In this document: piece after piece, positions 1 through 11,535 of the stretch
Layout of the letters: the number at the start of each line of letters is the position of its first letter
Position numbering within the stretch: position 1 is the stretch's first letter
Assembly (NCBI GenBank): GCA_043228905.1
Contig: JBHGNT010000018.1
Span: 13,268,001 to 13,332,000, forward strand
Direction of reading: 5' to 3'
Origin: Azolla caroliniana
Lineage: Eukaryota; Plantae; Polypodiophyta
DNA: 64,000 bases
Program-made: the position numbers and the translations under genes
The notes under the pieces: generated by a model
Database searches by the model: none
What the model was told of the DNA's origin: nothing
What the model saw: the letters and a program-made list of their open reading frames with translations, nothing else

Positions 1-1608
1 TACTCTACGACGGAAAGAGAGGCCTTGGGCATGATCTATAGCGTCACCAAGTTCCGACACTATCTGTTGGGGAGGAAATTTTCCTTTCATGTAGATCATT
101 CAACGCTACTTTACTTGGTCTCGAAAGCATCACTCACGAGTAAGCTGGCCCGGTGGACGCTATTATTACAGGAATTTGAGTTCGAGATATTGCACCGGCC
201 AGGCATACAACATGCGGTTGCAGATTATTTGAGCCGGTTAGACTCCGGAGAAACCAGTGATGGGGTCGCAGACGAATTTCCGGATGCAGACTTGTTTAGG
301 GTCACAGCCGAAACGACAACAAATGGCACGATCGCCGAGGAGGACAAGTGGCTCACTAACATGCACCAATTCCTGAGCACTGGCTTACCTCTACAGGAGA
401 TGAACAGAGACGAGAGGAAAAGATTAGCAGTACAAAGACGACACTTCTGCCTACTGCAAGACACACTGTATCATAAAGGCGCGGATGACATATGGCAGCG
501 CGCGGTGTGCAGCGACGAAAAAGACCAAATACTGCACGAAGCACACTGTGGTGTTGCCGGAGGGCATTATGTTGGGGATGCTACGGCAAGGAAAATATGG
601 CAGAGTGGCCTATGGTGGCCAATAACATTAAAGGACGCCATCCCGTATGCTAAAGAATGCGATTTGTGATAACGGATGGGCCAACCAACCTCACCAGCCG
701 GTGCTGCCATTGTAACCATTTCAGAAATGGGGGTTGGACTTCGTCGGCCCATTTAAACCACCAACAATGAGAACCAGCAACCGATACGTGATTGTCGCTA
801 CGGACAACTACACCAAATGGGTGGAGGCCAAATCACTACGTGACAACACCGTGGCATCCACGACAAAGTTTTGATATGAATGTATCTGGTGCCAGTATGG
901 ATGTCCGATCAAGCTAATCAATGACCAAGGAAGGCATTTCCTGGGACAAGTGGTGGAGAGCTTAACAACATTCTATGCGGTGGTGCATAAGAGAAGCACT
1001 TCGTATTATCCGCAAGCCAACGGATTAGCTGAATCCACAAATAAGACACTACAAAACATCCTCCGGAAAATCGTCAATGAGAACCAGACAGATTGGGATA
1101 CAAAGCTGCACAGTGCACTTTGCGCCTACCTAACAACATATAAGACAAGTATCCGGACAATGCCTTTCCGATTGGCATTCGGATTGGAAGCGGTAATGCC
1201 GATTGAATTCCAGGTTCCCAGCTTGGGGTTACAGGTTAGGGAATGCCTGAACGAGAAGGAGTCGGAAACCATCCGGCTAGCAGCACTGTGCGAACTGGAG
1301 GAACACCGGATCGCCAGCTTGATGCACATGGAACTGGAGCAACGGAGAAGGAAAGCATTCGTCGATCGACACCGGAAAGGTAACGAAAAAAGATTAGGGA
1401 TCGGCAAGCCAGTACTTATATTCCAAACCCGGATGGGTAAGATGCTGGGGAAGCTACGGTTTCAGTGGACCGGACCATATTGGATTACACGGGAGTTCAG
1501 CGGTTCGTACGAGCTAGTAACACTCGCCGGCGAAGTTATGGGTAACTGAGTGAATGGGTTTCGACTCAAACCATACTATGGACCCATGCCAAAGAACCCG
1601 TTTGAGTA
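1..1608 (+). pseudogene. pol: gypsy pol remnant: RNase H C-terminus and integrase
   Basis: KFRHYLLGRKF..DHSTL..LARWTLLLQEFEF..VADYLSR; HEAHCG..H..C..C zinc finger; YYPQANGLAESTNK core; WTGPY; several stops and frameshifts. Confidence 0.95.
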
Positions 1609-1847
1609 GACAAAGGCTGACACCGCACCGGACACCAGTAAGCACGACGAGACGATAACCGGTCAGGCAATCGGCAATCACAATCCGGAGACGGGTCCGT
1701 TTGGGCTGGATACATATTAAAATAAAATAAAATAAAAATAGAAAATAAAAAATCCAATCAAACCCAACTATGCAATGGCGAGGAGTGAATGGCCACATGC
1801 AATGAAAAGGAGGGGTGAACGGGCACTTTGAAAAGCCAAGTAGTGGG

Positions 1848-1900
1848 CTATTTATAGCACATTAAAACGCCGCCACGTGGCAGTTCATTGCCATTATAAT
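1848..1900 (+). promoter_or_regulatory. putative internal promoter of the extra ORF (TATA plus palindromic G-box)
   Basis: CTATTTATAGC at 1848 and GCCACGTGGC at 1872-1881; the sister element has CTATTTAAAGC at the equivalent position (about 29023-29033, minus strand). Confidence 0.4.
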
Positions 1901-2093
1901 ACACAACATTTGCATGCGCAAGAATCGAGAAAGGCGCGAACATGCAGAAAGAAAACCTACACCACATGGAGGCCTTCTCATTTCGCGAACAGAGAATCGC
2001 AAACGCACACAGTCGATTGAAGATAATCAGACGCGAGCACCTAGAGCCTCTAACACACCTACCTGACTAGCAACCACCGTCTCAGAAGGAGAA

Positions 2094-3340
2094 ATGGACT
2101 GCATGACGCTGTCGGAGGCAGCCAAGAAATGGTTAAAGCAACACGGTTTGGAAGGATTCTTGAGGATCATGGAGGCACCACCACACAAAGAGGCGGAAAG
2201 CGTTGTCAAAGCCATCGACACAGAAGTAATCACAGAGGAGGCCATCCGTGCCTTGACGAGCTTACCCGAGGGCAACATCTTCACCGTCGACAACCCTACC
2301 CTGGAGCAGCTCACAAAATACTTCGGTGAGTATTCTTTGGCCAGCAAGGCATATCGCACACAGGGCAGCGAGGATGGCTTATTTTGAGAGATTGCTCGTG
2401 TACTGCACGAGTATGGCCATGTGTACCCTCGATCCCTAGCAAGGCCTAGGAACAGAGTCGGGTTAATTATCGCCACATATGAAGGCATACAGGTGGACTG
2501 GTCGGTGCTGATCGCCGACGGACTGCGGGCAACCATCGACTCGGTACGAGGGAAGGATGGAAGAAAAATATGGTCGGCGATGGCGCAATGGCTCACACTG
2601 TTAGCACCACCAGTGGAGCACAACACGACAAAGAAGCGGGGAAGAACAACCGAAGGAACCTCCAAACCGGCTTCGAAACGGTAGCAGCTATAATGCTATT
2701 GGCTGCTAAGGCAACCAAGGGGAAAGAGGCAACACCGGCACGGCCAATAAAAATTACATTTTGCCAATCGGGGCAACAGGAGCCAGATCCCTTGGCCATG
2801 AAAATCAATCTTGTGACTCAGGAGGAGGAAACAGCGGAGGAGCCCAGCGAGGCCAGAAGAAGAGCACTGCCGACCATGCCGGCAAGCAATCAGGTCCAAA
2901 AACGGATAGGACGCTGATGCCCCGCACTAAGCGCCCAGAGCCAAGGGTGGAAGTGGAACCAGTTCAAGCAGAACCGGTGACAGAAGTCCCTATGCCGCAG
3001 TGCCCGCCGGCGGGTCAGAGCATGACAAGACCCGTGATTCAGGAGCCAGTGATTCAGTTGCCTACCTCATCGGAACAACAGGACCAACCAGAGCTAGAAC
3101 GGCCGACTCAGGCACAACCAGAGCCGGTGCTGCCATGTGGTACCTAGCTAGAGCCAGAGCTGGCAATCGGACCAGATCGGACACTGGCAAGCGCAGAAAT
3201 CGGCCAACCCTTCGCGCCGACAGAGCCAAAAGGCACCGGCAGCCAATGGCGGCGGGTGATCGGTGAGCAAATAGCCGGAGTGGTCCATTATATGGAGGCA
3301 GAGGAGAAAGCACAAGTGGACCAGTTGCTAGCCACAACCG
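2094..3340 (+). pseudogene. gypsy extra ORF downstream of pol, N-terminal part (conserved ~190 aa domain plus Pro/Glu linker)
   Basis: ORFs 2094-2387 and 2421-2684 are homologous to 28423-29037(-): LSE.A..W....GL.G.LRI..APPH, YFGEYS..SKAYRTQG.E..LF. Confidence 0.8.
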
Positions 3341-4124
3341 TGTTGGGAGACAGGTCCCTCCGGATGGGAAGGGAGAAGATCAGTGACGATGAGGAGTACC
3401 CGACTACGGAAAGCCGGATGGTGCAGGCCCGGTATGAACCGGATGAGGAGTACCCAGCTACGGAGAGCCGGATGGTGCAGGCAGGCCCGGTATGAACCGG
3501 ATGAGGAGTACCCGGCTACGGAGAGCCGGATGGTGCAGGCCCGGTATGAACCGGATGAGGAGTACCCGGCTACGGAGAGCCGGATGGTGCAGGCCCGGTA
3601 TGAACCGGATGAGGAGTACCCGGCTACGGAGAGCCGGATGGTGCAGACCCGGTATGAACCGGAGGAAGAGACATATTCGTAAATATGTTTCTGAGAACCC
3701 ATTGTGGCTATATTTGTAAATAGCCGAAAAGTCATATTAGTATAAATATGACTTAGGGCAAACTAATATGAAGTTGTTGTTATTCTTCTTGTTGGTGCAA
3801 GAAACAGAGACAGTACGTAACGTTGTACAGAGAGAGAGAGAGAGAAAGAGGTCGTTGCCTCTGTTGTAACCGCCGCCTGTGGCGAAGAGCGTGAGTCCGA
3901 GGTCGTTGCCTCCGTGAACTCACTGTTTTGTACATTCATACATAGTGACAGTTTGCAGCCTGTGGGCTGCCGTGGTTTTTCCCCTAGTTTGGGGTTTTCC
4001 ACGTAAACCTCCTGTGTACCATTTCTCTCCTTTGTGTCGTGTTATTCGTTTCCTGTTTTTTGTGTATGAAAAGAATCTCGGTTGTGGCCGAGCGTTGCGC
4101 ATAAGGAGCTAGGAGTTCCCGTCA
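3341..4124 (+). repeat. copia 5' LTR (784 bp)
   Basis: direct repeat of 8127-8744; TATA TATAAATA at about 3741. Confidence 0.95.
3388..3661 (+). repeat. 54-bp minisatellite x5 in U3 (x2 in the 3' LTR, 8174-8281)
   Basis: unit GATGAGGAGTACCCGGCTACGGAGAGCCGGATGGTGCAGGCCCGGTATGAACCG. Confidence 0.95.
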
Positions 4125-4126
4125 AG

Positions 4127-4138
4127 TGGTATCAAAGC
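4127..4138 (+). promoter_or_regulatory. primer-binding site, tRNA-iMet
   Basis: TGGTATCAAAGC 2 nt after the LTR CA. Confidence 0.9.
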
Positions 4139-4155
4139 GAGGTTCGACACAGAAA

Positions 4156-7100
4156 ATGGACGAATCGTTTGGTGGCATGTTCAAGCTCACCGGCTCCAAC
4201 TATTCAGTATGGAAGTCAAAGATGAGGGACATGCTCGTTGTTAAAGACCTCTAGCTGCCGGTTCAGTTCGGGGACAAGAGACCTGACAAAATCGACGCCG
4301 CGATATGGGAGGTGATGCACATGAAGACAACGGCGTACATACGGTGCTTCATCGACATGAGCCTGTACAACAACTTCAATGAAGAGAGCAAGGCTCATGA
4401 GCTCTGGGAGAAGATCAGCATAATGTTCCAGAACAAAAATGCTGTCAATCAGGTGTCGGTATTCCGGAAGCTAGTAAGACTCCGGTACCAAGATGGCTCC
4501 AGCATGGCGGAGCACATGAATGCCTTCCAGGGGCTGATACACCAGGCAACATCATTGGAAGTACCTCTTGCCGATGCGGTACTAGCGCTACTCCTGCTCG
4601 GTTCCCTCCCGGATAGCTGGGAGACGTTGGTTGTCACTTTGGGCAACGCCGGGCCGGAAGGAAAACGGTTATCCCTAGCAAGAGTAAAGTCAAGCTTGCT
4701 AGATGAGGAGGCGCGTCGGAAAGATAAAGATACGAGCTCCGACTCCAAAGCGCTCCTTACCGAATCGGAACGCGGAAGACAGAGAAACCGTAGTCCCCAG
4801 AACCGGGAGAAGTCGGGGACACGGTCAAAGTCAAGGGGGAGGCCTACTTGCTTCTATTGCGGCAAGCCGGGACACTTCCAAAAGAAATGTCGGCATTTCC
4901 GTAAAGACAAGGAAACTGACGGTACCGATTCGAAGCAAACCTCGGACCGGAATGGTAAAGACCGGAACGGTAAAGACCGGAGGGGGCCGGACCGGAAGGG
5001 AACGACGGCAATCACGGCAAGTGAAGAAGAGTGAAATAAACCTTGCCGGCGACGAGATGACCTGGGTGGTAGACTCCGGAGCATCGTTCCACCTTACCCC
5101 GGACCGAAAATGCTTCTCATCCTATTCAGCCGGTGATCACGGTTGTGTCCGGATGGGGAATGAAGGAACATGCCGAATTGTCGGCATGGGAGACGTGTGG
5201 CTGACAACACCAACCGGATGCAAGTTGCTGCTGAAGGATGTCCGACACATTCCGGAAGTTCGTCTGAACTTGATATCAGCCGGTCGGCTAGATGATGAAG
5301 GCTACACGGGTAGCAAAGGGAGCCTGATTGTGGCTCGGGCCCGGAAGGTAAACACATTGTACCTGATGAATGCCCGGTTATGTCCGGAAGAAGTGAACGT
5401 GGCATCCGACACTACCGGTGAGCTGTGGCACAAGAGGCTGTGTCATATGAGCGAGAAGGGGATGAAGAGGCTTGCAAACGACAACCTCATTCCAGTGAAG
5501 AACGTACACCTACAGAAGTGCATTGATTGTCTGGCCGGTAAGCAAAACCGGACCTCCTTCCGACCAAGGCCACCGATGAGACGTAATGCACCACTGGAGT
5601 TGGTGCATACGGATGTGTGTCAGGTAGACACGAAGTCACATGCCGGAGCGCAGTACTTCGTGACGTTCATAGATGACCACAGCCGGAAGCTGTGGGCCAC
5701 ACCGCTGAAGACGAAGGATTAGGTGTTATCCGTCTTCAAAGAGCTCCACGCGAGAGTGGAAAGAGAAACCGGCCGGAAGCTGAAGGCGGTTCGAGCAGAC
5801 AACGGAGGAAAATACCAGGGGGCAGTTCGAGGAGTACTGCCGCTCGAAGGGAATACGGCTCGAATTTACTGTGCCGAAGACGCCGGAACTAAACGGACTG
5901 GCCGAGAGGATGAACCGGACCATAATGGAGAGGCATTGTCGACGGCGACATATGTGATAAATAGATCACCCTCAGTACCCTTGGACGGAGACACGCCACA
6001 GAGAATGTGGACCGGTAAGGAAGTATCCTACCGGCATCTGAAGGTGTTCGGGTGTCTCGCTTACGTGCATATAGCTAAGGACCGGAGAGGTAAGTTGGAT
6101 CCAAAGAACCGGCCATGCATATTCCTCGGTTACGGTGACGATGAGTTCGGCTACCGAGTGTGGGACCCGGTCGACAAGAAGGTATTCCGGAGTCGAGATA
6201 TTATCTTCATGGAGGACAAGACGCTCGCCGATTGGGAGTCGGAGAAGAAGATAATGAACTCCGAGTCGGCCGGTAAGGATAGACTCTACGATGAGCAGAC
6301 CCAACCGGCAAGAGACCGGTTAGCACTCGAGGAACCAGCCGGTTACGGTGAGGATACCGAACCGGCAGATGAAGAGGTAGAGGACGCTGAGACCGGAACT
6401 GGCCAAGACCCCGAATCGGATTCGGATGAAGAGAAAATGGAGGAGCCGGTTATCGAAGCCCGAAGACGGAGATATCCTCTCAGAGAGAGAAGGGCGCCCC
6501 GGAGATTTCCGGATGCAGAGCATGTTCTGCTGACAGATGAGGGGGAGCCGGAAAGCTTCGAAGAAGCGAAGGAAGACACCCACAACCGAAAATGGTTAAG
6601 TGTCATGCAGGATGAGATGGATTCCCTGCATGAGAACCATACGTACGAATTGGTGGAGCTGCCGAAAGGAAAGCGGGCACTCCGAAACAAGTGGGTGTAC
6701 AAGTTGAAACCGGGAGATGCCGGCAACCCCCCGAGATAAAAAGCCAGGATCGTGGTGAAGGGGTTCCAGCAGAAGAAGGGTGTGGACTTCGACGAGATAT
6801 TTGCCCCGGTAGTAAAGATGACCTCCATCCGGACGGTGCTGAGTATAGCAGCAAGCATGGACCTCGAGGTAGAGCAGCTGGACGTGAAGACGGCATTCCT
6901 TCATGGCGACCTCGAAGAGGAGATCTACATGCAGCAACCGGAAGGATTTGTGGAGAAAGGGAAGGAGCACCTGCTATGCCGGTTGAAGAAGAGCCTGTAC
7001 GGACTGAAGTAGGCTCCCCGACAATGGTACCGGAAGTTCGACTCCTTCATGACCGATCAAGGGTACCACAAGACGCAGGCCGATCACTGCGTGTTTGTGA

Positions 7101-8116
7101 AGAAGTTCGAAGGAGGGGACTTCCTGATACTCCTCCTGTACGTGGATGACATGTTGATCGTCGGACGAGACCAAGTAAAAATACGGATGCTGAAGAAGGC
7201 TCTCAATCGGACCTTCTCAATGAAAGACTTGGGTCCGGCAAGACAGATGTTGGGGATGCACATCATTCAGGACCGGTCAAAGAAGCAATTATGCCTGTCA
7301 CAGGAGAAGTACGTGACAAAGGTGCTTCACCGGTTCAACATGTCAGATGCAAAACCGGTCAGATCAACACTTCCGGCAAACTGCAAGCTATCCGGTAAGC
7401 AAAGCCCGAAGAAGAAAGCAGAGAAGGCGGATATGATGAAGATCCCATATACCTCTGCCATCGGGAGCTTGATGTACACAATGGTTTGTACCCGACCGGA
7501 CATAGGATACACAGTCGGAGTGGTGAGCCGGTTTATGAGCAATCCCGGCAAGGAGCACTGGAACGCGGTCAAATGGATACTCCGGTATTTGAAGGGCACT
7601 TCAAATATGTGTCTCCGATTCGGCTCCGGAAAACCTCAACTGGACGGTTTCACCGATTCGGACATGTTGGCTGATGTGGATACCAGCCGGTCTACATCCG
7701 GGTATGTAATGACATATGCAGGGGGAGCTGTTTCGTGGCAGTCGAGGCTCCAGAAGACGGTTGCATTGTCAACCACAGAGGCGGAGTACATGGCGGCTGT
7801 GGAAGCCGGCAAGGAAATTTTATGGATGAAGGACTTCATCGGAGAGCTCGGTATCCGGCAAGAGGAATACCGACTCTACTGCGATAGTCAAAGTGCCATC
7901 CACCTTGCTAAGAATGCGGCCTACCATTCCCGGACGAAGCATATCCAGCGGAGGTTTCACTGGATCCGGCAAAGAGTAGATGACCAGGAGTTCGCACTGA
8001 CGAAGATCCACACGGCCGAGAACGGGTCAGATATGCTAACCAAAGTGCTGACACCCGACAAGCTGGACGCATGCCAGAAGAGGATTGGACTGGTAAGACA
8101 CCCCATGCCGGAGTGA
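4156..8116 (+). pseudogene. copia gag-pol polyprotein (gag/CCHC, protease, integrase, RT, RNase H)
   Basis: CFYCGKPGHFQKKC; WVVDSGAS; LWHKRLCH; VHTDVC..FIDD; LYVDDML; TKHIQRRFH..DMLTK; in-frame stops and short deletions. Confidence 0.95.
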
Positions 8117-8126
8117 AGGGGGAGTT

Positions 8127-8744
8127 TGTTGGGAGACAGGTCCCTCCGGATGGGAAGGGAGAAGATCAGTGACGATGAGGAGTACCCGGCTACGGAGAGC
8201 CGGATGGTGCAGGCCCGGTATGAACCGGATGAGGAGTACCCGGCTACAGAGAGCCGGATGGTGCAGACCCGGTATGAACCGGAGGAAGAGACATATTCGT
8301 AAATATGTTTCTGAGAGCCCATTGTGGCTATATTTGTAAATAGCCGAAAAGTCATATTAGTATAAATATGACTTAGGGAAAACTAATATGAAGTTGTTGT
8401 TATTCTTCTTGTTGGTGCAAGAAACAAAGACAGTACGTAACGTTGTACAGAGAGAGAGAGAGAGAAAGAGGTCGTTGCCTCTGTTGTAACCGCCGCCTGT
8501 GGTGAAGAGCGTGAGTCCGAGGTCGTTGCCTCCGTGAACTCACTGTTTTGTACATTCATACATAGTGACAGTTTGTAGCCTGTGGGCTGCCGTGGTTTTT
8601 CCCCTAGTTTGGGGTTTTCCACGTAAACCTCCTGTGTACCATTTCTCTCCTTTGTGTCGTGTTATTCGTTTCCTGTTTTCTGTGTATGAAAAGAATCTCG
8701 GTTGTGGCCGAGCGTTGCGCATAAGGAGCTAGGAGTTCCCGTCA
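8127..8744 (+). repeat. copia 3' LTR (618 bp), preceded by PPT GAAGGGGGAG
   Basis: direct repeat of the 5' LTR. Confidence 0.95.
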
Positions 8745-10364
8745 AGAACTAGAGAAGGCCTAGTCAAGGATCCGGAACTTGGAACGAGAAGTAGAAATAG
8801 CCAAGGAAGAATTGGCTAAGAAGGTCATCATAGGACCTTAGGAGCAGGAACCGGTGGCTCCGGTGCATGTACAGAATAATGAAACACCAGCAACTGTACA
8901 TAATAATATGACCCCGGTGCCGGGAACAAACCCGGATATAAGTACAGTGCAAGCGCAAGAGCTTGCCATTCTCAAAGAATACATGGCCGCAAAAGAAGCA
9001 TCACGGGCCAGGGAAAGAGAATTACGAATGGCGGCGGAGGAGGAACAACGAAAGACTGCTAAGAATCTCCGATGAGCATAAGACAGTCTGCAGAAGGGAC
9101 ACCAAGTCTATGATCGGCTTAAGGAAGAGAAGGAAAAACTGTTGCAAGAGAAGGATAAACTCCGAAGGATGGCGGAAATGGAGATCGAGAGACTCAAAGA
9201 AGAGCTTCAGCAGCAAAAGGATAGGGAAGACCGAGCTCACCGCCATATCAATCAGAAGCTGAAGCAAAAATCAAAAGAGTTTGACCGCCTGCACCGGGAT
9301 TATAAGCATGTTGAGTCGGAATACAAGAAGCTTATCACCGACAGTGACCGGCAGCAGGAGAAGATGTTCGAGTTCCAGAATGAAGTGCAACGAGCAGAGA
9401 CGGCACTAACAGAAGAACGGGTTGAGAAGGAAACCATACGAGCTGAAACGGCGAAGGAACGCATGGAACTCCAGATGCAACATTAGGGGGAAACGGAACA
9501 CGCTACCATGGTCTTACAAAGAGTGCAGACAACGTATCAGAATCAACTGGTGCGCTACAAGGACCAGGAGGTGGTAACGGCAAACCTGATTAAACAGTTG
9601 AAAGATGACCGGCAGGCTATTGAAGATAAATCAAAGATGGGCCTGGAGCAGATCCGATGCATTGTACATGCATGGAAGAATCAAACGAAGCGTTTGATTG
9701 AAGATAACTCAGTAGTATGGTGGTCAAAATGGGCGAAGCACGCTGCCGAGTTACAGTTGCTGAGGGCGGACGCGGAAAACCGGCAGAAAGAAGGCGATGA
9801 GTTCTATAAACTGGAAAAGGAAGACTTTGCTGCTGTGAAAGAAGAATTGGTGGAGGACTTCGTAGCCTTGGCTGATGAACAAATAACGGTGGTTCGGCCA
9901 CTAGTGGCACAACTGGACGATGATTGGCTGGATAACCAATCTAGTTTGAAAGTTACGAAAAGGAGAGGCTACGGCAAGAGGCGACGAAGACCACGGCAAC
10001 AATCAATCTCAGTGATGAAGAGCCATCGTCAGAGCAAGGGACAGACAGACCCAAGGCCAGGACAAGCCAACCGGATGTAACTCAGGAGCAGCAGCCAAGG
10101 GAGGAAGCGCCGCAACAACCACCGGCACAGCCATTGGAGAAGCAACGCCCAGAAGAGCCGGAGATTGCGCAATAGCAAGAACCACAGCAGCCGCCAATGG
10201 AGCAGTAGCCGGAGCAAGTTTCACAGCCAACGGAGTTGCCGCAGGAGGAGCAGCAACCGGAGGATCAACAATAGCAGGAGCAACAACAACAGTCTGATCA
10301 GCCTTCCGATGAACCCTTAGAGCCCCTCGATCAGAGCATTCTGGACATTTTAGACAAGGATTGA
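8745..10364 (+). pseudogene. gypsy extra ORF, C-terminal part: long coiled coil and Q/E/P tail ending LDQSILDILDKD*
   Basis: reading frame resumes after the copia; E/K/R heptad-rich ORFs 8854-10080; homologues at about 47150-48080 and 27909-28420(-). Confidence 0.75.
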
Positions 10365-10374
10365 AGGTTGGATA

Positions 10375-10415
10375 GTGGGATTCAACGTACAAGGTACTAT
10401 CCCATGGGCGTGCCA
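10375..10415 (+). other. tRNA-Arg 3'-half-like motif ending in CCA at the PPT position
   Basis: GTGGGATTCAACGTACAAGGTACTATCCCATGGGCGTGCCA 2 nt before the LTR; conserved at 32142-32181 and 27875-27901(-). Confidence 0.75.
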
Positions 10416-10417
10416 TG

Positions 10418-10878
10418 TGTTAGCCAGCCGGCAAGGAGTGAAGGATAGTCTAGAATATGAAAGGGCAGAAATAATCGGAGGTTGTTATTAGGATATTAAG
10501 TAATTAAGTAGATTTTAGAGTAGTGAATGGACGGACCGGAATCGGTATGCCGATCCGGATCCGGACCGGTTCATATTAGTGTGCCGATTGGCACCGTTTT
10601 GTAGGCAGAGCCGGTGATCTATAAAAAGCCCGGGTTACATTGTAAATGGGAACGGATAATTAATAAAACTCTATTTCCTTATCTCTGTGGATTGATTACC
10701 GTTCTGTGCTAATTACTATCTATCTTACGCGTGTATTAAGATTAAGGATCTGTTGCTTAAGTAACGATTAAAGCCGGATTAATCGTCGGTCTAACTTTGT
10801 TCCACTATAACACCCTTTGGTGAAGTGTCTTCTGTAGACACCTAGTGTTAGGCTATTGTCCGGCCCTACGGAGTAACA
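10418..10878 (+). repeat. gypsy 3' LTR (461 bp)
   Basis: TGTTA...TAACA, CTATAAAAAG TATA, AATAAA; shares GCCGATCCGGATC..GACCGGTTCATA and GTGAAGTGT with LTR 15882-16340. Confidence 0.88.
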
Positions 10879-10944
10879 TCTCATTCGGCCCGCTTAGCCG
10901 GAATGAGATCAAACTCTCTTCCAGAATGCCGATATCTTCTCCTT

Positions 10945-11535
10945 TGTTGAGCGAACAAGCTCAACCGGATTCGGATCAAAGTCCAGAATGAAAAACCGAA
11001 TTGGTGTTTGGAACCAGGAACCGGATCCGAGAGACGGATCGGATTGGAACCGGTAGGCCGTTAGAGGCCTACGAATCTAGCCTAGTACGTATGCACACTT
11101 TTAGCAATCACTGTTAGTAGCTCATATGAGCATTGAAGTACTTGTCAGTAATTCTGTCAATCCTTTTAAGGACTTGTATAAAAGTGCTCACTGAGCACAT
11201 TGTATGTACAAAGTGTTGTTATTTTGAATTGAGTTTCTTTTGTTGTTCTACTCTATCTGTCTCTCCCGTGTACTGTGTATTCTAAGCTTCCATTAAACCT
11301 ATGTTTATTCTCTATTGTTATCCGGTGTAACCGGTTTTGTCTTCAAGCTTCCGCACGCTATTCTTTACATAGTATCAAAGCGCGAGGGTTGAGAACCTCT
11401 GCTACCGACAAGCGATTTCCAAAGACGAACCCTAACTTCCGGAAAAGCATAGGCCGAAAAGAAGGAAGATATGGACATAAGTATGGCGAGCTCGCGTCCA
11501 ACAGAAAAGCTCGACCGGAGCAATTATGTGTCCTG
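10945..11535 (+). mobile_element. copia 5' LTR (10945-11369), decayed iMet PBS and start of gag, truncated by the next insertion
   Basis: TGTTGAG...TTTACA, then TAGTATCAAAGC, then MASSRPTEKLDRSNYVS; LTR related to 39918-40292(-) and 43370. Confidence 0.8.

Larger units (their letters stand above)
3341..8744 (+). mobile_element. full-length, defective Ty1/copia LTR retrotransposon
   Basis: paired LTRs TGTTGGGAGA...CCCGTCA, iMet PBS, gag-PR-IN-RT-RH order, PPT. Confidence 0.97.
1..10878 (+). mobile_element. Ty3/gypsy non-chromovirus LTR retrotransposon (Athila/Selgy/Phygy-like), 3' part, interrupted by a copia at 3341-8744
   Basis: RNase H then HHCC/DDE integrase with no chromodomain, a long extra ORF, and a 3' LTR at 10418-10878 (TGTTA...TAACA) related to the 5' LTR at 15882. 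Confidence 0.88.

Noticed and set aside
3388-3661. Regular repeats resembling a CRISPR array or a DEEYPATESRMVQARYEP repeat protein
   Set aside because: Head-to-tail 54-bp units with no unique spacers, located inside an LTR
10009-10416. Antisense ORFs both starting MARPW(D/E)S(T/A)L (also 31934-32182)
   Set aside because: Similarity stops at the end of the 40-nt tRNA-like motif; it is better explained by nucleotide-level conservation than by a protein
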